From positions 706-64,705 of the forward strand of contig CAZFFN010000093.1 of NCBI GenBank assembly GCA_964518165.1: a stretch of DNA of 64,000 bases, read 5' to 3'. How positions within the stretch are numbered: the first letter of the stretch is position 1; each line of letters starts with the position of its first letter. Shown one piece after another: positions 9,753 through 19,833 of the stretch. Below the pieces are notes generated by a model that saw only the letters and a list, made by a program, of their open reading frames with translations, ran no database searches and was not told the origin of the DNA. Both the position numbers and the translations under genes were made by a program. The stretch is from an uncultured Thermoplasmatales archaeon (GTDB lineage: Archaea > Thermoplasmatota > E2 > DHVEG-1).

Positions 9753-10106
9753 TTAATCTCTTTCCCTAATTAATTCCAAGATATCTTTTCCAAAAGAAGT
9801 CAAACTATAAAGCTTGATATTTTTTGTTTGTTTGTTTTCTTGAACTAACCCAAGTTCTAAAAGAGATTCCTCAGTTTTATATCGGGATTCCATACCCCTA
9901 ATAGCACCAATCACATTTGTTGGAGTTGTTTTAACATTATATGCTATTTCACTTGTATAGCTACTACTAGGACTAATATCAAAAAGATATTCAGCAATTT
10001 TTTTCCTGACATTACTTCTACGTAATGCTCTAATGACTAGAGGCCTTTTTATTTCGATAGATTCCTCTACATCATTTTCACTAGTTTCTTCTCGCATCCC
10101 GTCCAA
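9753..10106 (-). CDS. EarA-family (DUF1495) winged-helix transcriptional regulator
   Basis: RALRRSNVRKKIAEYL...SYTSEIA....T.PTNV.GA.RG...RY....SL..LGLV matches the EarA/MMP1718 family pattern as I recall it. Confidence 0.75.
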   Translation of the reverse strand: MDGMREETSENDVEESIEIKRPLVIRALRRSNVRKKIAEYLFDISPSSSYTSEIAYNVKTTPTNVIGAIRGMESRYKTEESLLELGLVQENKQTKNIKLYSLTSFGKDILELIRERD

Positions 10107-10477
10107 AAACTAGATGCAAGTTATGGTTTATAAAATTATTTGCTCAGGAATAATTACATGCATAAATATCTACATATTCAACTGTATAAACATATATTAT
10201 ATGCTAGATATGAACAACAATAAGAATCGACTTAATATTATAAATATAACTAAAATTTCTTAAAAGAAAAAACTGAGATCTTGTAAAAAATATTTTGATT
10301 ATTCCGCACAATTTTTAAAGCAAAGACATATTCTAAAATTCTGAGGATACTTGTAGATGGGAGATAATCAGAAATTTGTATTTACTAGACCAAAGCAGAT
10401 ACCATTATTTGAAGAAAAAGACGATGGAACACTCGAGCAATATAAACGAGAATAATAAGAAACTATGAGGGTATTTT

Positions 10478-10984
10478 TTGAAAGAAGAAGAATATGCTGA
10501 TTTAAATGTTCTTAAAAAAAGATTTGATCAAAAAACTAATGAAAATCATAATAAAATAAAGAAAAAAAGAAAAAATTTTGAGATAAAATTAGAAAACAAA
10601 TCTTTTAAAAAAACTTTGATCAGATATGCAACTTCTTTTTTTAAAAATCTTTTTTCTTTTTCTAAAAAAACTACCAAAAAAATAATTGAAATAAGTTCCA
10701 AACAACATAAAAAAGTAAGAAAACATGTTAATGAATACATAAAAAGCAGACAAAAAAACATAGCTTTTAAAATCGTTGAAACAAAAAAAGAAAAGAGAAA
10801 CAAAGTAGTAATTGTTAGAAAACGTGTACCAATAGAATCAAGTATCAATTTTAAGCCTATTGATTCTAGACCAAGTTTATATTATTGTAGTCTTCACCCT
10901 GAAGAAAATAAATTTTGTGAAAAAAAGATAATTGGACATGTTAAACTAGAAAAATCAGTTTGGGATTTTCCTATAAAAAAATGA
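10478..10984 (+). CDS. Lysine-rich hypothetical protein
   Basis: 168-aa ORF with TTG start and no recognisable motif. Confidence 0.45.
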   Translation: MKEEEYADLNVLKKRFDQKTNENHNKIKKKRKNFEIKLENKSFKKTLIRYATSFFKNLFSFSKKTTKKIIEISSKQHKKVRKHVNEYIKSRQKNIAFKIVETKKEKRNKVVIVRKRVPIESSINFKPIDSRPSLYYCSLHPEENKFCEKKIIGHVKLEKSVWDFPIKK

Positions 10985-11032
10985 TAATTATTAACCAAAT
11001 ATTTTATAATACTCTTTATTTTCCTTGGTTTA

Positions 11033-11701
11033 ATGAAATGTGCAGTTCTTTTTTCTGGAGGAAAAGATTCAGTTTATGCAGCATATCTAGCAAAAAAAAA
11101 AGGATATGACTTAACTTGTTTGATTACTATTGTATCAAAAAATCCTGAAAGTTACATGTTTCATACACCATCAATTACAAAAGTAAAAAAACAAGCAGAG
11201 GTAATGGATATACCGCTAATTATCCAAGAAACAAAAGGAAAAAAAGAAGAAGAATTGATAGATCTTGAAAAAGCAATAAAAAACGCTATTGAAAAGTATG
11301 AGATTAAAGCCATAGTTACTGGTGCTATTGAATCAAAATATCAAAAATCAAGAATTGAAAAAATTACTAATAAACTCGATTTAAAATGCTTAAATCCATT
11401 ATGGAAAAAAAATCAATTAGACCTACTAGAAGAACTCATAAAAAACAAATTTGACGTAGTAATAATAGGCGTATTTGCTTATCCTTTGGACAATAAATGG
11501 CTTGGTAGAAAAATTGATAAAAGATTCATAAATGACATGAAAAAACTTTATGATAAATATAAAATCAATCCTGGAGGTGAAGGGGGAGAAACAGAATCAT
11601 ATGTTTTGAATTGCCCTCTTTTTAAAAGAAATTTAGAGATAAAAAGTAAAGAAATTACTGGAAATAAAAACTCTTGGAAAATGGAGATAGAAATAAAATA
11701 A
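11033..11701 (+). CDS. Diphthine--ammonia ligase (Dph6-like PP-loop ATPase)
   Basis: LFSGGKDS, SYMFH, GAIESKYQ, GEGGETES. Confidence 0.9.
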   Translation: MKCAVLFSGGKDSVYAAYLAKKKGYDLTCLITIVSKNPESYMFHTPSITKVKKQAEVMDIPLIIQETKGKKEEELIDLEKAIKNAIEKYEIKAIVTGAIESKYQKSRIEKITNKLDLKCLNPLWKKNQLDLLEELIKNKFDVVIIGVFAYPLDNKWLGRKIDKRFINDMKKLYDKYKINPGGEGGETESYVLNCPLFKRNLEIKSKEITGNKNSWKMEIEIK

Positions 11702-11790
11702 GAAAAAATAATTATATATAAAACAGTAAAAAGAGTTATAAATAAGATATCTATTCCAAATGCTTTACTAAGAGTAACTAAGGTGTAAAA

Positions 11791-12297
11791 ATGGCAAGAA
11801 AACCAGGCTCTATGTACAGATACGTCAGAGGACAACCTCAGACAAGAAGAGAATACACAGGAGGTATTCCAAACCCTCATATCACTCAGTTTGTACTAGG
11901 AAACAGAACAGATGAATTTCCAATAATGATTGTTTTAAAAGCAGAAGAAAAATGTCAGATTAGACACACTGCTCTTGAATCAGCCCGTATTACTGCTAAC
12001 AGAGTTGTAGAAAAAAAGATTGGGCCAGCAAACTACAGATTAAAGGTTAGAGTTTATCCACATGTAATTATCAGGGAAAACAAACAAGCTACCGGCGCTG
12101 GTGCAGATCGTGTTAGTCAAGGAATGCGTTCATCATTTGGAAAAAACGTGGGAACAGCTGCAAGAGTGCAACCGGATCAAATAGTAATGACTGTTGAAAC
12201 AACAGAGGCAAATATTGTTCATGCTAAAAATGCTTTAAGAAAAGCAGCTATGAAACTTCCTACTCCATGTAAGACGGAGATAAAAAAAGGGAAATAA
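11791..12297 (+). CDS. rpl10e: Ribosomal protein uL16 (L10e)
   Basis: MARKPGSMYR, QIRHTALESAR, RENKQATGAGADRVSQGMR. Confidence 0.97.
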   Translation: MARKPGSMYRYVRGQPQTRREYTGGIPNPHITQFVLGNRTDEFPIMIVLKAEEKCQIRHTALESARITANRVVEKKIGPANYRLKVRVYPHVIIRENKQATGAGADRVSQGMRSSFGKNVGTAARVQPDQIVMTVETTEANIVHAKNALRKAAMKLPTPCKTEIKKGK

Positions 12298-12311
12298 TTT
12301 CTTTTTTATTT

Positions 12312-13700
12312 TTATATATATTTGAAGAAAAAGGGAAATATTATAATAAAAAGTAATACCAATGACAATATCAAAGAAATATTCCCAACTATTTTATCAA
12401 GTCTTTCTTTGGAAATATCTTTTTTAACTTTTTTAATTGCTGCTTTAATATAATCATTAAACAAAAAGCCACCATCTAATGGAACCATTGGTATTACGTT
12501 AAATAGACCGACTAATAAATTAAGCCAAAAAACCCAATAAATTAAATTTGTAAAACCCCAAAAAAGTTCTTTTGGAAGAATTCCTAAAGGACCTTTTAAC
12601 TCATAGTTTGAAATGAATGGTTCAATTAGAGGATTATATCCCTGAATGTAATAGAAAACAGGTATTGAATAGATATTTGCAAAACCATTTGGAAAATCAT
12701 ACAATGGATTTTTCATTGAAGATATAAAATCTGCTTTGAAGATATTGTAAGCTATGCCAAGAAAACTAGTATTTTTCAACTTTGATGTATTAAGATTAGA
12801 TTCATTGACTATTTCTAACACATCATAATAACTTGTAAGGGTAACGTTTTTTGTATATTTTTTTTCCTTATACAAATAACTAAAAGTTACTGTTTGATTT
12901 GGTTTTGTGTTGTCGAGTGCAGTTGATAGATCTTCCCTGCCTTCAATTTCTGTGTCATTAAAACTTACAATTAGTGCCCCTGTTGGAATATTTATTTCAT
13001 CTGCAGGTGTATTTTCATAGGAAAATAATATCTCTGAACCTTCTATTGGCTGGGCTGCAGGCATAAAAACAAATGAAAATAATAATAGACATATAAGAGC
13101 AACTACAAAATTTGACATAGGGCCCGCAGCAAAAAGCCTTATCCTTTTTGGAATAGTTGTTTTTTTTAATTGTTCTTCATCTGGTTCGACAAATGCACCC
13201 AGTGGTATGATCATATACAAAATCCCCATGGATTTTACTTTCAGATTTCCAATATATGCAAGTATTCCATGTGAAAATTCATGAACGACAATTGCAACTA
13301 TCAATGCTACTATTATGTATAGTAAATAGTCAAGTGGGAGTATTGGATTAATACCTGGTAAAACTAATGCTATTTCAGGTCCTGGAAGTAGCTCTTTTTG
13401 TGCAGGTGTTAAATCGAGGCTTAACATAGTAGTAAACTGAGAAACGAGGATAAAAACAATTATTATCATTGAAATAAAACAAACTATTACTGCTAAGTTT
13501 CCATATCCTTTCCAGAATCTTTTTTTACTAGACAATTTTTTTAAAAATCCAAGTCCTTTTTTTGTCTTAAGAAGTAATGCTGGGCCATATAGTGTAATTC
13601 CATATTTTTCAAGAATTCCTTTTTTATGCAGCAATACAACTACCAAGAAATAACCTAAAAGAATCGAAATTAGTATTAGAAGACCATCTATCCACGTCAT
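12312..13700 (-). CDS. Site-2 protease (M50) with PDZ-like domain
   Basis: HEFSH, GAFVEP, AAGPMSN, NVIPMVPLDGG. Confidence 0.92.
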   Translation of the reverse strand: MTWIDGLLILISILLGYFLVVVLLHKKGILEKYGITLYGPALLLKTKKGLGFLKKLSSKKRFWKGYGNLAVIVCFISMIIIVFILVSQFTTMLSLDLTPAQKELLPGPEIALVLPGINPILPLDYLLYIIVALIVAIVVHEFSHGILAYIGNLKVKSMGILYMIIPLGAFVEPDEEQLKKTTIPKRIRLFAAGPMSNFVVALICLLLFSFVFMPAAQPIEGSEILFSYENTPADEINIPTGALIVSFNDTEIEGREDLSTALDNTKPNQTVTFSYLYKEKKYTKNVTLTSYYDVLEIVNESNLNTSKLKNTSFLGIAYNIFKADFISSMKNPLYDFPNGFANIYSIPVFYYIQGYNPLIEPFISNYELKGPLGILPKELFWGFTNLIYWVFWLNLLVGLFNVIPMVPLDGGFLFNDYIKAAIKKVKKDISKERLDKIVGNISLILSLVLLFIIIFPFFFKYI

Positions 13701-13749
13701 AATTTAGAGCAATGCAATAGCTTTCTATTTATTAAACTTCCCGAAAGGA

Positions 13750-14445
13750 TTACTTAAATTTTATATTCCTGTTTTGTTTTTTTAGTTGTTCTATAAGATA
13801 TTTACACCATTCAAGTTTCTTTAGTTTTTTCTTTATATCTTTATTTTCATAAAAAGAGTATTTACCAATTTTTTTATTGAAATCAAAGCCAAGTAATATT
13901 ATTTTTCTTGCATTGAAATGATCAGCAAGATATACACATCTATCTCCATCTGTAAAACCACCAAAATTATAGAGATTTTTATATTTTGATGGATCAGTTT
14001 GAGTGGTACCTATAATTTTACCAGAAAAATCTTTTACATTTCTTTTTATTTTATCAATATTATCCCCATGAGCATGAATTAAAACGATACTTCCATTTTT
14101 ATTTGCATCAATTTGATCAGAAACTTTTCCATCTAAATCAGTTACAATTATATCAGAAATTATCCCTTGTTCAAAAAGAGCAGATGTCGCACCATCTGCA
14201 GATATTACTATAAATTTATCAATTTTATTTTTGTATTTTTTTATAGAATCTAATAGAGAAGAACCCGCTCCAAAAATAAGTATATCCTTATTTTTAATCA
14301 AATTTTTAAGAGTTGCAGGTTTAAATTTCACTTTTGTAGAAATAATTTCGTTAAGAATTTTTGCTGATTCTAAATCTTTTTTTTGATCGATATTAAAATC
14401 GTTTAAAATTTTTTCATAAAATGGTTTCCAATTTTTATATTTCAT
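13750..14445 (-). CDS. mptE: 6-hydroxymethyl-7,8-dihydropterin pyrophosphokinase (DUF115)
   Basis: SADGAT, VTDLDG, HAHGDN, NFGGFTDGDR, K.KKL.W. Confidence 0.88.
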   Translation of the reverse strand: MKYKNWKPFYEKILNDFNIDQKKDLESAKILNEIISTKVKFKPATLKNLIKNKDILIFGAGSSLLDSIKKYKNKIDKFIVISADGATSALFEQGIISDIIVTDLDGKVSDQIDANKNGSIVLIHAHGDNIDKIKRNVKDFSGKIIGTTQTDPSKYKNLYNFGGFTDGDRCVYLADHFNARKIILLGFDFNKKIGKYSFYENKDIKKKLKKLEWCKYLIEQLKKQNRNIKFK

Positions 14446-14451
14446 TTTAAT

Positions 14452-15588
14452 CTAGTTTTCATCTGCTAGTTTTTTTGTTTGAGTTTCAACTTCCCTTTCT
14501 TTTTCGTCTGTTCTGTGCATTTCTTTTATGTAGTGATGAGTGATTGCTCCGATTAATGCTATCAGTATTCCTGCAAAAGTATAACCTATAAAACTAAAGC
14601 TAAAGAAATATTCTATGATAAATTCTGATGGCCACCCTTCAAGAGATTTTTCAAGCGTTGAAAAAACGGCATATGATATAAAACCAAAAGCAAATAGCGA
14701 GAAAGGTATAACCCAGTATGTCCATAGTACCTTTTTATCTTTAACATAGGTATCAATTATTCTACCAAATAAAGCTACAAGCCCACCAAGTACTATCCCC
14801 CATATCACATTTTTTACAAAAGATAAAATTGGAATAAGTGCTACATCACTTTGAAAATCTGTATTTTGATATGCAAGGCAACCTGAAGCAATTAATATTA
14901 CTGCAGCGATAATATATGTATATACAGAAAGTTTTCCAGTTAAAAAACCTGACTTTATATCCTCCCACATATATGCAATGTTTTTTTCCCATCTAAAAAC
15001 TCTGATTAGTAAATATGCTCCAAGAGTTAGCAATATTGCACCAAAGCCACTTGCGGTCATGTCAAGTAGTACAAAAAAAGCCCATACAATTAATACAAGT
15101 GATATTGGCAAAATAAACTGCTTCAATACCTTTTCATCATCAAGTATTTTCAAGAAACGATAGTATGTTGCTTCTAATTCTTTGCTTTGTTTAACTGATA
15201 CCCTGCATACTGAGGTAATCTTTATTCTTGATTGTATAATAGGAAGAATATGTTCGTCTTCAGCACCATCTGAAATGAGTATCACATTGTCAACATTTGT
15301 TTGTTCTATAACCTGTTCAAGTTGGTTTGATACTATTTCATCAGATTTCAAACCTACTTTTATATGGCCACATATAGTTGCAATTTCAACATCTTTTTTT
15401 TCTTTTTTTAATTTCTGATAAGTGGAAATTGCATAATAGATTGCATTTAAATCAGAATCTTCTGGATCGGCTTGGCCTAGTTTATTAGCTGCTTCTAAAT
15501 TTTTTTCATAGCCAATAATAGGGCTCTTAACATTTGCTTTTCTCCCAAAATCATCGTCACGATCCACGTTGAGAACAAGTGTTTTCAT
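14452..15588 (-). CDS. DUF373 family archaeal membrane protein
   Basis: LVLNVDRDDDFG, DPEDSDLN, SDGAEDE, VKQS; TM C-terminal half. Confidence 0.88.
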   Translation of the reverse strand: MKTLVLNVDRDDDFGRKANVKSPIIGYEKNLEAANKLGQADPEDSDLNAIYYAISTYQKLKKEKKDVEIATICGHIKVGLKSDEIVSNQLEQVIEQTNVDNVILISDGAEDEHILPIIQSRIKITSVCRVSVKQSKELEATYYRFLKILDDEKVLKQFILPISLVLIVWAFFVLLDMTASGFGAILLTLGAYLLIRVFRWEKNIAYMWEDIKSGFLTGKLSVYTYIIAAVILIASGCLAYQNTDFQSDVALIPILSFVKNVIWGIVLGGLVALFGRIIDTYVKDKKVLWTYWVIPFSLFAFGFISYAVFSTLEKSLEGWPSEFIIEYFFSFSFIGYTFAGILIALIGAITHHYIKEMHRTDEKEREVETQTKKLADEN

Positions 15589-15713
15589 AGATTTCTATTA
15601 TCGTATAAATAATCCAATATTTAAGTATGTTACCATTTAAAATAGTCAAAAACCACATATTAGAAATATTTATATAGTATAAAATACAAAGTATAACATA
15701 GGAGAGTTGCAAA

Positions 15714-15773
15714 ATGGCTGACGAAGATAAAATGATGAAGATCCGAGCTTTCGTTAATAAGTGGAACTGCTAA
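15714..15773 (+). CDS. Putative 19-aa peptide MADEDKMMKIRAFVNKWNC
   Basis: TATA TTTATATA 15669-76 with purine-rich BRE, SD AGGAG 15700-04, ATG 15714, T tracts downstream. Confidence 0.5.
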   Translation: MADEDKMMKIRAFVNKWNC

Positions 15774-15855
15774 AATACAATACAAAATATTCTAAAAAAA
15801 GTTTTTTCAATTCATTTTTTATAGAAGATTGTAATACAGCAGAAAGAATCAAAAG

Positions 15856-16791
15856 ATGGAAAAAGAACTATTATCAAAATCAAAATTTTTAATTTTAATA
15901 CTACTCCCAATACTATTTTGGGCATGTGCTTTTCCATTCATAAAAATTTTACTAGAAGAACTTTCTTTTATAAACCTTACAATAATGCGGTTTGTTGTTG
16001 TATGTATAATCCTATTAATCTTTATCCCGCTTCAATCAAAAAGGCTGAATGTTTTGCAAAAAAAGGATATAATTCCAATATTTTTACTTGGTTTTTTTGG
16101 AGTTATAGGTTATCACCTTGGTTTAAATTACGGGGAACAATTTGTATCCGCAGGGGCAGCAAGTCTGATTATTGCTACAATACCCGTTTTTGTAGCAATA
16201 ATGTCAATAGTTTATCTTAAAGAAAAAATCACAATAAAAAAAGGATTTGGAATATTGTTATCTCTTCTAGGGGTAGTAATTATCTCACTATATGGAAGTG
16301 CTGGAGCTAAAATAGAAATTGATTACATATATGGTGCAATTGGGGTTTTATTTGCAGCTCTGATGGGTGCGTTTTATACAATAGCAGGTAAAAAAATGCT
16401 AAAAAGATATACGGGACTTTCTCTTACCGTATATGCAATGCTTTTAGGTAGTATTGGCCTAATTCCTTTTATAAATACAGATCTACCCACTCAAATTATG
16501 AACCTATCTTTTACATCTTGGGGCGCATTAATATTCTTAGGCATATTTTCAACTATTACAGCATATACCCTCTGGTATATAGCTCTTGAAACAAAAGATG
16601 CTAGTGAAATAAGCCCTTATCTATATGGTATACCCGTGGTATCAACTATATTAAGTTATTTTCTGATAGATGAGAGAATAACTTTATTTTTTATTTTAGG
16701 TGGAATACTTGTTATAACTGGTCTATATCTAGTTAATTCTAAAAAAAGCCCAAAAAATCTTCCTCTTCTCAAAAACAAACAAAAAAATTGA
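15856..16791 (+). CDS. DMT/EamA family transporter
   Basis: About 10 TM, two EamA repeats, YLKEKIT and LIDERIT motifs. Confidence 0.9.
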   Translation: MEKELLSKSKFLILILLPILFWACAFPFIKILLEELSFINLTIMRFVVVCIILLIFIPLQSKRLNVLQKKDIIPIFLLGFFGVIGYHLGLNYGEQFVSAGAASLIIATIPVFVAIMSIVYLKEKITIKKGFGILLSLLGVVIISLYGSAGAKIEIDYIYGAIGVLFAALMGAFYTIAGKKMLKRYTGLSLTVYAMLLGSIGLIPFINTDLPTQIMNLSFTSWGALIFLGIFSTITAYTLWYIALETKDASEISPYLYGIPVVSTILSYFLIDERITLFFILGGILVITGLYLVNSKKSPKNLPLLKNKQKN

Positions 16792-16818
16792 TAAAAGACT
16801 AACTATTTTTTCTATAAT

Positions 16819-17538
16819 ATGACAGAACTTCTATATATGAAAAATATTGAATCCAACTACATAAAAGAATTCGATGCTATAGTGACAAAAAACAAAAAAG
16901 ATTATGTAACACTCGATAAAACAGCTTTTTATCCAAAAGGAGGAGGACAGCCCAGTGATACCGGAACAATCAGTTGGAGCAATAAAACATCAAAAATAAA
17001 AGAAGTGATCAAAAAAGGCAGTGCAATAAAACATATAATAGAAGGAGAAAAACCAGAAGTTGGAGCTAAAATTCATGCAGAAATTGATTGGGACAAAAGA
17101 TACAGCCATATGAAAATGCATACCGCCCAGCACATTCTCTCAGGAATAATTTTTGATGATTACAACGCAAGGACTGTTGGAAACCAAATACATGCAGATT
17201 ACTCTAGAGTTGATTTTAAGCCAATAACTTTTTCTGAAGAAGACTTAGAAAAAATTAAAAAGAAATTTAATAAGATAGTTTCAAAAGAAAGCTCAATTAC
17301 TATCTATGAAGAAAATAGAGAAACACTTGAAAAAAGAGTGAACACAGAAAGAGCAAACCTAGACCTACTTCCAAAATTTATCAAAAAACTAAGAATTGTT
17401 GAAATAAAAGAATTTGACATATGTCCATGTGCAGGAACTCATGTAAAAAATACTGGTGAGATACCAGAAATAGATAAAATAAAAAGAGAAACAAAAGGAA
17501 AAGACACTGACAGAATAATTTATTCATTGAAAAAATAA
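16819..17538 (+). CDS. alaXM: Alanyl-tRNA editing protein AlaX-M
   Basis: TAFYPKGGGQPSDTG, HTAQH, CPCAGTHV. Confidence 0.92.
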   Translation: MTELLYMKNIESNYIKEFDAIVTKNKKDYVTLDKTAFYPKGGGQPSDTGTISWSNKTSKIKEVIKKGSAIKHIIEGEKPEVGAKIHAEIDWDKRYSHMKMHTAQHILSGIIFDDYNARTVGNQIHADYSRVDFKPITFSEEDLEKIKKKFNKIVSKESSITIYEENRETLEKRVNTERANLDLLPKFIKKLRIVEIKEFDICPCAGTHVKNTGEIPEIDKIKRETKGKDTDRIIYSLKK

Positions 17539-17542
17539 GAGA

Positions 17543-17692
17543 TCATTCTTCTAGTTTTATTTCAAATGTATCAATATTTTCTACACCTTTTAATGATTTT
17601 AAGATACCAAAAATTGTATTTTTAATAAATTCTTCTGGAAATTCAGTCAATGGAATTTTTTTATCATTTACCTTAATTTTTAGTTCACTCAT
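17543..17692 (-). CDS. Small protein resembling the MobB C-terminal extension (49 aa)
   Basis: MSELKIKVNDKKIPLTEFPEEFIKNTIFGILKSLKGVENIDTFEIKLEE. Start overlaps the mobB stop (ATGAGTGA). Not in ORF track. Confidence 0.7.
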   Translation of the reverse strand: MSELKIKVNDKKIPLTEFPEEFIKNTIFGILKSLKGVENIDTFEIKLEE

Positions 17693-18137
17693 CTTTATCA
17701 ATCCTTTTATTCATCTCTTCAGTAATAATATTTACTAATCTTAAAAAATCACCGAAATAGGTGTGAATTGTATTTTCTCTTTCATCAATTTCACCTAATC
17801 TGATCTTTGGTGTTTTTTTATCATTTGCACCCTCAACAAAAACTATATCAAAAACATCAAAAGAAGAAATTTTTTCTATTATTTCAGAAATGTCCTGTTT
17901 TTTATCATATAAAAAAACTGTCTCAAGTGATGAAGCCAAAACAACTAAATCAGATCCAGCTTTGGTATGTCTAAAAGAATCTTTTTTTGGGCCATCAAAT
18001 CTATCTTTTTTACTAGATATCTTAACAGATGAAACTTTAAAGTCTTTTGATCGAAAGTATTTTATTAGATCTACAATCAAATTAGTTTTACCACTATTTG
18101 AATGGCCATAAATTCCAATAACAAATGGTTTTTCCAT
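17685..18137 (-). CDS. mobB: Molybdopterin-guanine dinucleotide biosynthesis protein MobB
   Basis: P-loop GHSNSGKT, D...KDSFRH..AG, DIVFVEG. Confidence 0.85.
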   Translation of the reverse strand: MEKPFVIGIYGHSNSGKTNLIVDLIKYFRSKDFKVSSVKISSKKDRFDGPKKDSFRHTKAGSDLVVLASSLETVFLYDKKQDISEIIEKISSFDVFDIVFVEGANDKKTPKIRLGEIDERENTIHTYFGDFLRLVNIITEEMNKRIDKDE

Positions 18138-18225
18138 AAAAGAACATAGAAAAAATAATGATATAATTCTTATGGTTTAAAAACCATAAAAACAAAATAG
18201 AAAAGAAGGTTAACTATCTTTATTT

Positions 18226-19137
18226 ATGGATAAAAAAGCGGGTATCGGTCTATTTATTTCAGTTGCATCAGTTTCTTTTGCAGCAATATTTATTGAGACA
18301 CTTCTAAGAAGGGGAATGACTCCTATAGATATTGCTTTTTACAGACTATTTTTTACAGTATTATTTCTCTTTCCATTTTTATTATTATACAAAAAATATA
18401 GGGAAGAACTGTTTACAATAGATAAAAAAACATTTATTTTGATTATAGGAATTGGAATTATTCTATCAGTTCATTTCTTTACTTGGGTTTCATCATTAAA
18501 TTACACTTCTATTGCAAGCTCTGTTATCCTAGTTACAGCCCATCCCGTCCTTGTTGCACCGATTGCTTTTTATTTTTTAAAAGAAAGGTTAACATTTCTA
18601 AATACTACTGGGATTGTAATATCACTTATTGGTGTTATTATCTTAGTACTCGGAAATTATGATCTAGGACCATTATTAACTGCAGATAGTATCGAGGGAA
18701 ATATTCTTGCAATAATCGGCGGGATATGTGCAGGTTTATATATTCTTGGTGGAAGAAAGGTTAGAAAAAAAGTATCAGTTGTATCTTATGCTTTCATGGT
18801 ATATAGTGTTGCAACAATTGTTCTCTTTTTTGTTTTTATATTCAGCCAATCTAATCAGTATTCAATAAAAATAGAAGACTATGGAATAATAATTTTGATG
18901 GCTTTTGTAGCTGGCATTCTTGGCCATACTCTCTATAATTGGTCTTTAAAATATATAAGAGCATCAGTTGCATCAGTTGCACTTCTTGGCGAGCCAATAG
19001 GATCAACAATTTTAGCATATCTAATGCCGTGGATTTCTGAGACACCTTCAACATATACTCTAATTGGAGGTGGGATTATTCTAACAGGGATATATTTGAC
19101 ATCAAAAAAACAACCTTCTAAAAATAACAATACTTAA
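18226..19137 (+). CDS. DMT/EamA family transporter
   Basis: Multi-TM; SLNYTSIASS, GHTLYNW, LGEPIGS. Confidence 0.9.
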   Translation: MDKKAGIGLFISVASVSFAAIFIETLLRRGMTPIDIAFYRLFFTVLFLFPFLLLYKKYREELFTIDKKTFILIIGIGIILSVHFFTWVSSLNYTSIASSVILVTAHPVLVAPIAFYFLKERLTFLNTTGIVISLIGVIILVLGNYDLGPLLTADSIEGNILAIIGGICAGLYILGGRKVRKKVSVVSYAFMVYSVATIVLFFVFIFSQSNQYSIKIEDYGIIILMAFVAGILGHTLYNWSLKYIRASVASVALLGEPIGSTILAYLMPWISETPSTYTLIGGGIILTGIYLTSKKQPSKNNNT

Positions 19138-19164
19138 AAATAAGTTATTTTTCACAAAAAAACC

Positions 19165-19779
19165 ATGGCAGAAAAAAAGAATACAAATAAAATGCTAACA
19201 ATCGGGCTAATAATTGTCTTAGCGTTAGCAGCAATGGTAATGATATATGTAAATTTACCACAAGAAAATACTGATAACACAGAATCTGAAGATAATACAA
19301 ATGATGAAAATCAGAATGATACATCCAAGACCGCTCTAACTTTAATATACGGAGAAGAACAAATTAATTACACACTAGAAGAAATTATGTCCATTGATTC
19401 TTACACAGCGATAGGTGGAAAAATAAGTAGAAAACCTTCAACAACTGGACCATATAATTACACGGGTGTAAAAATAAAAACGCTATTATCAGAATTTGAA
19501 AACCCACCAGAAAATTATAGCATAAAAACAGCGTCAACAGATGGATATACAGGAGAATACTCATATGACCAAATCAACGGAACAGTTGAGCTTTACAATG
19601 AAACAAGAGCACCACAAGGAAATGCAACCCTTACAATGATAGTTGCATATATGCAAGAAAGCGAATATATCAAAGATTCAGACGAGGGGCCAATGATACT
19701 TTCTTTTGTTGATGGTTATTATACAGATTCAAGCCTATGGGCAAAAATGTTAGCTTCAATAGAAATAATTGAAGAATGA
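19165..19779 (+). CDS. Membrane-anchored protein with a molybdopterin-binding-oxidoreductase-like fold
   Basis: N-terminal TM, acidic linker, then YTGV....LL, STDGY, IVAY, GP, WAK.L.SIEI, the pattern of Oxidored_molyb-like domains. No Cys in the protein. Confidence 0.55.
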   Translation: MAEKKNTNKMLTIGLIIVLALAAMVMIYVNLPQENTDNTESEDNTNDENQNDTSKTALTLIYGEEQINYTLEEIMSIDSYTAIGGKISRKPSTTGPYNYTGVKIKTLLSEFENPPENYSIKTASTDGYTGEYSYDQINGTVELYNETRAPQGNATLTMIVAYMQESEYIKDSDEGPMILSFVDGYYTDSSLWAKMLASIEIIEE

Positions 19780-19833
19780 AAAAAATAAACAACCACAACC
19801 TTTTTTTCTTTATCTCTTATATTAAATTTGTAA

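Noticed and set aside
10357..10455. 32-aa ORF MGDNQKFVFTRPKQ... as a frameshifted 5' part of 10478-10984
   Set aside because: Stops in the relevant frames prevent a single-shift join; no motif support.
19136..19152. Palindrome AAAAATAA-G-TTATTTTT
   Set aside because: Arms are A/T only, which is expected by chance or as terminator/promoter sequence in this AT-rich DNA.
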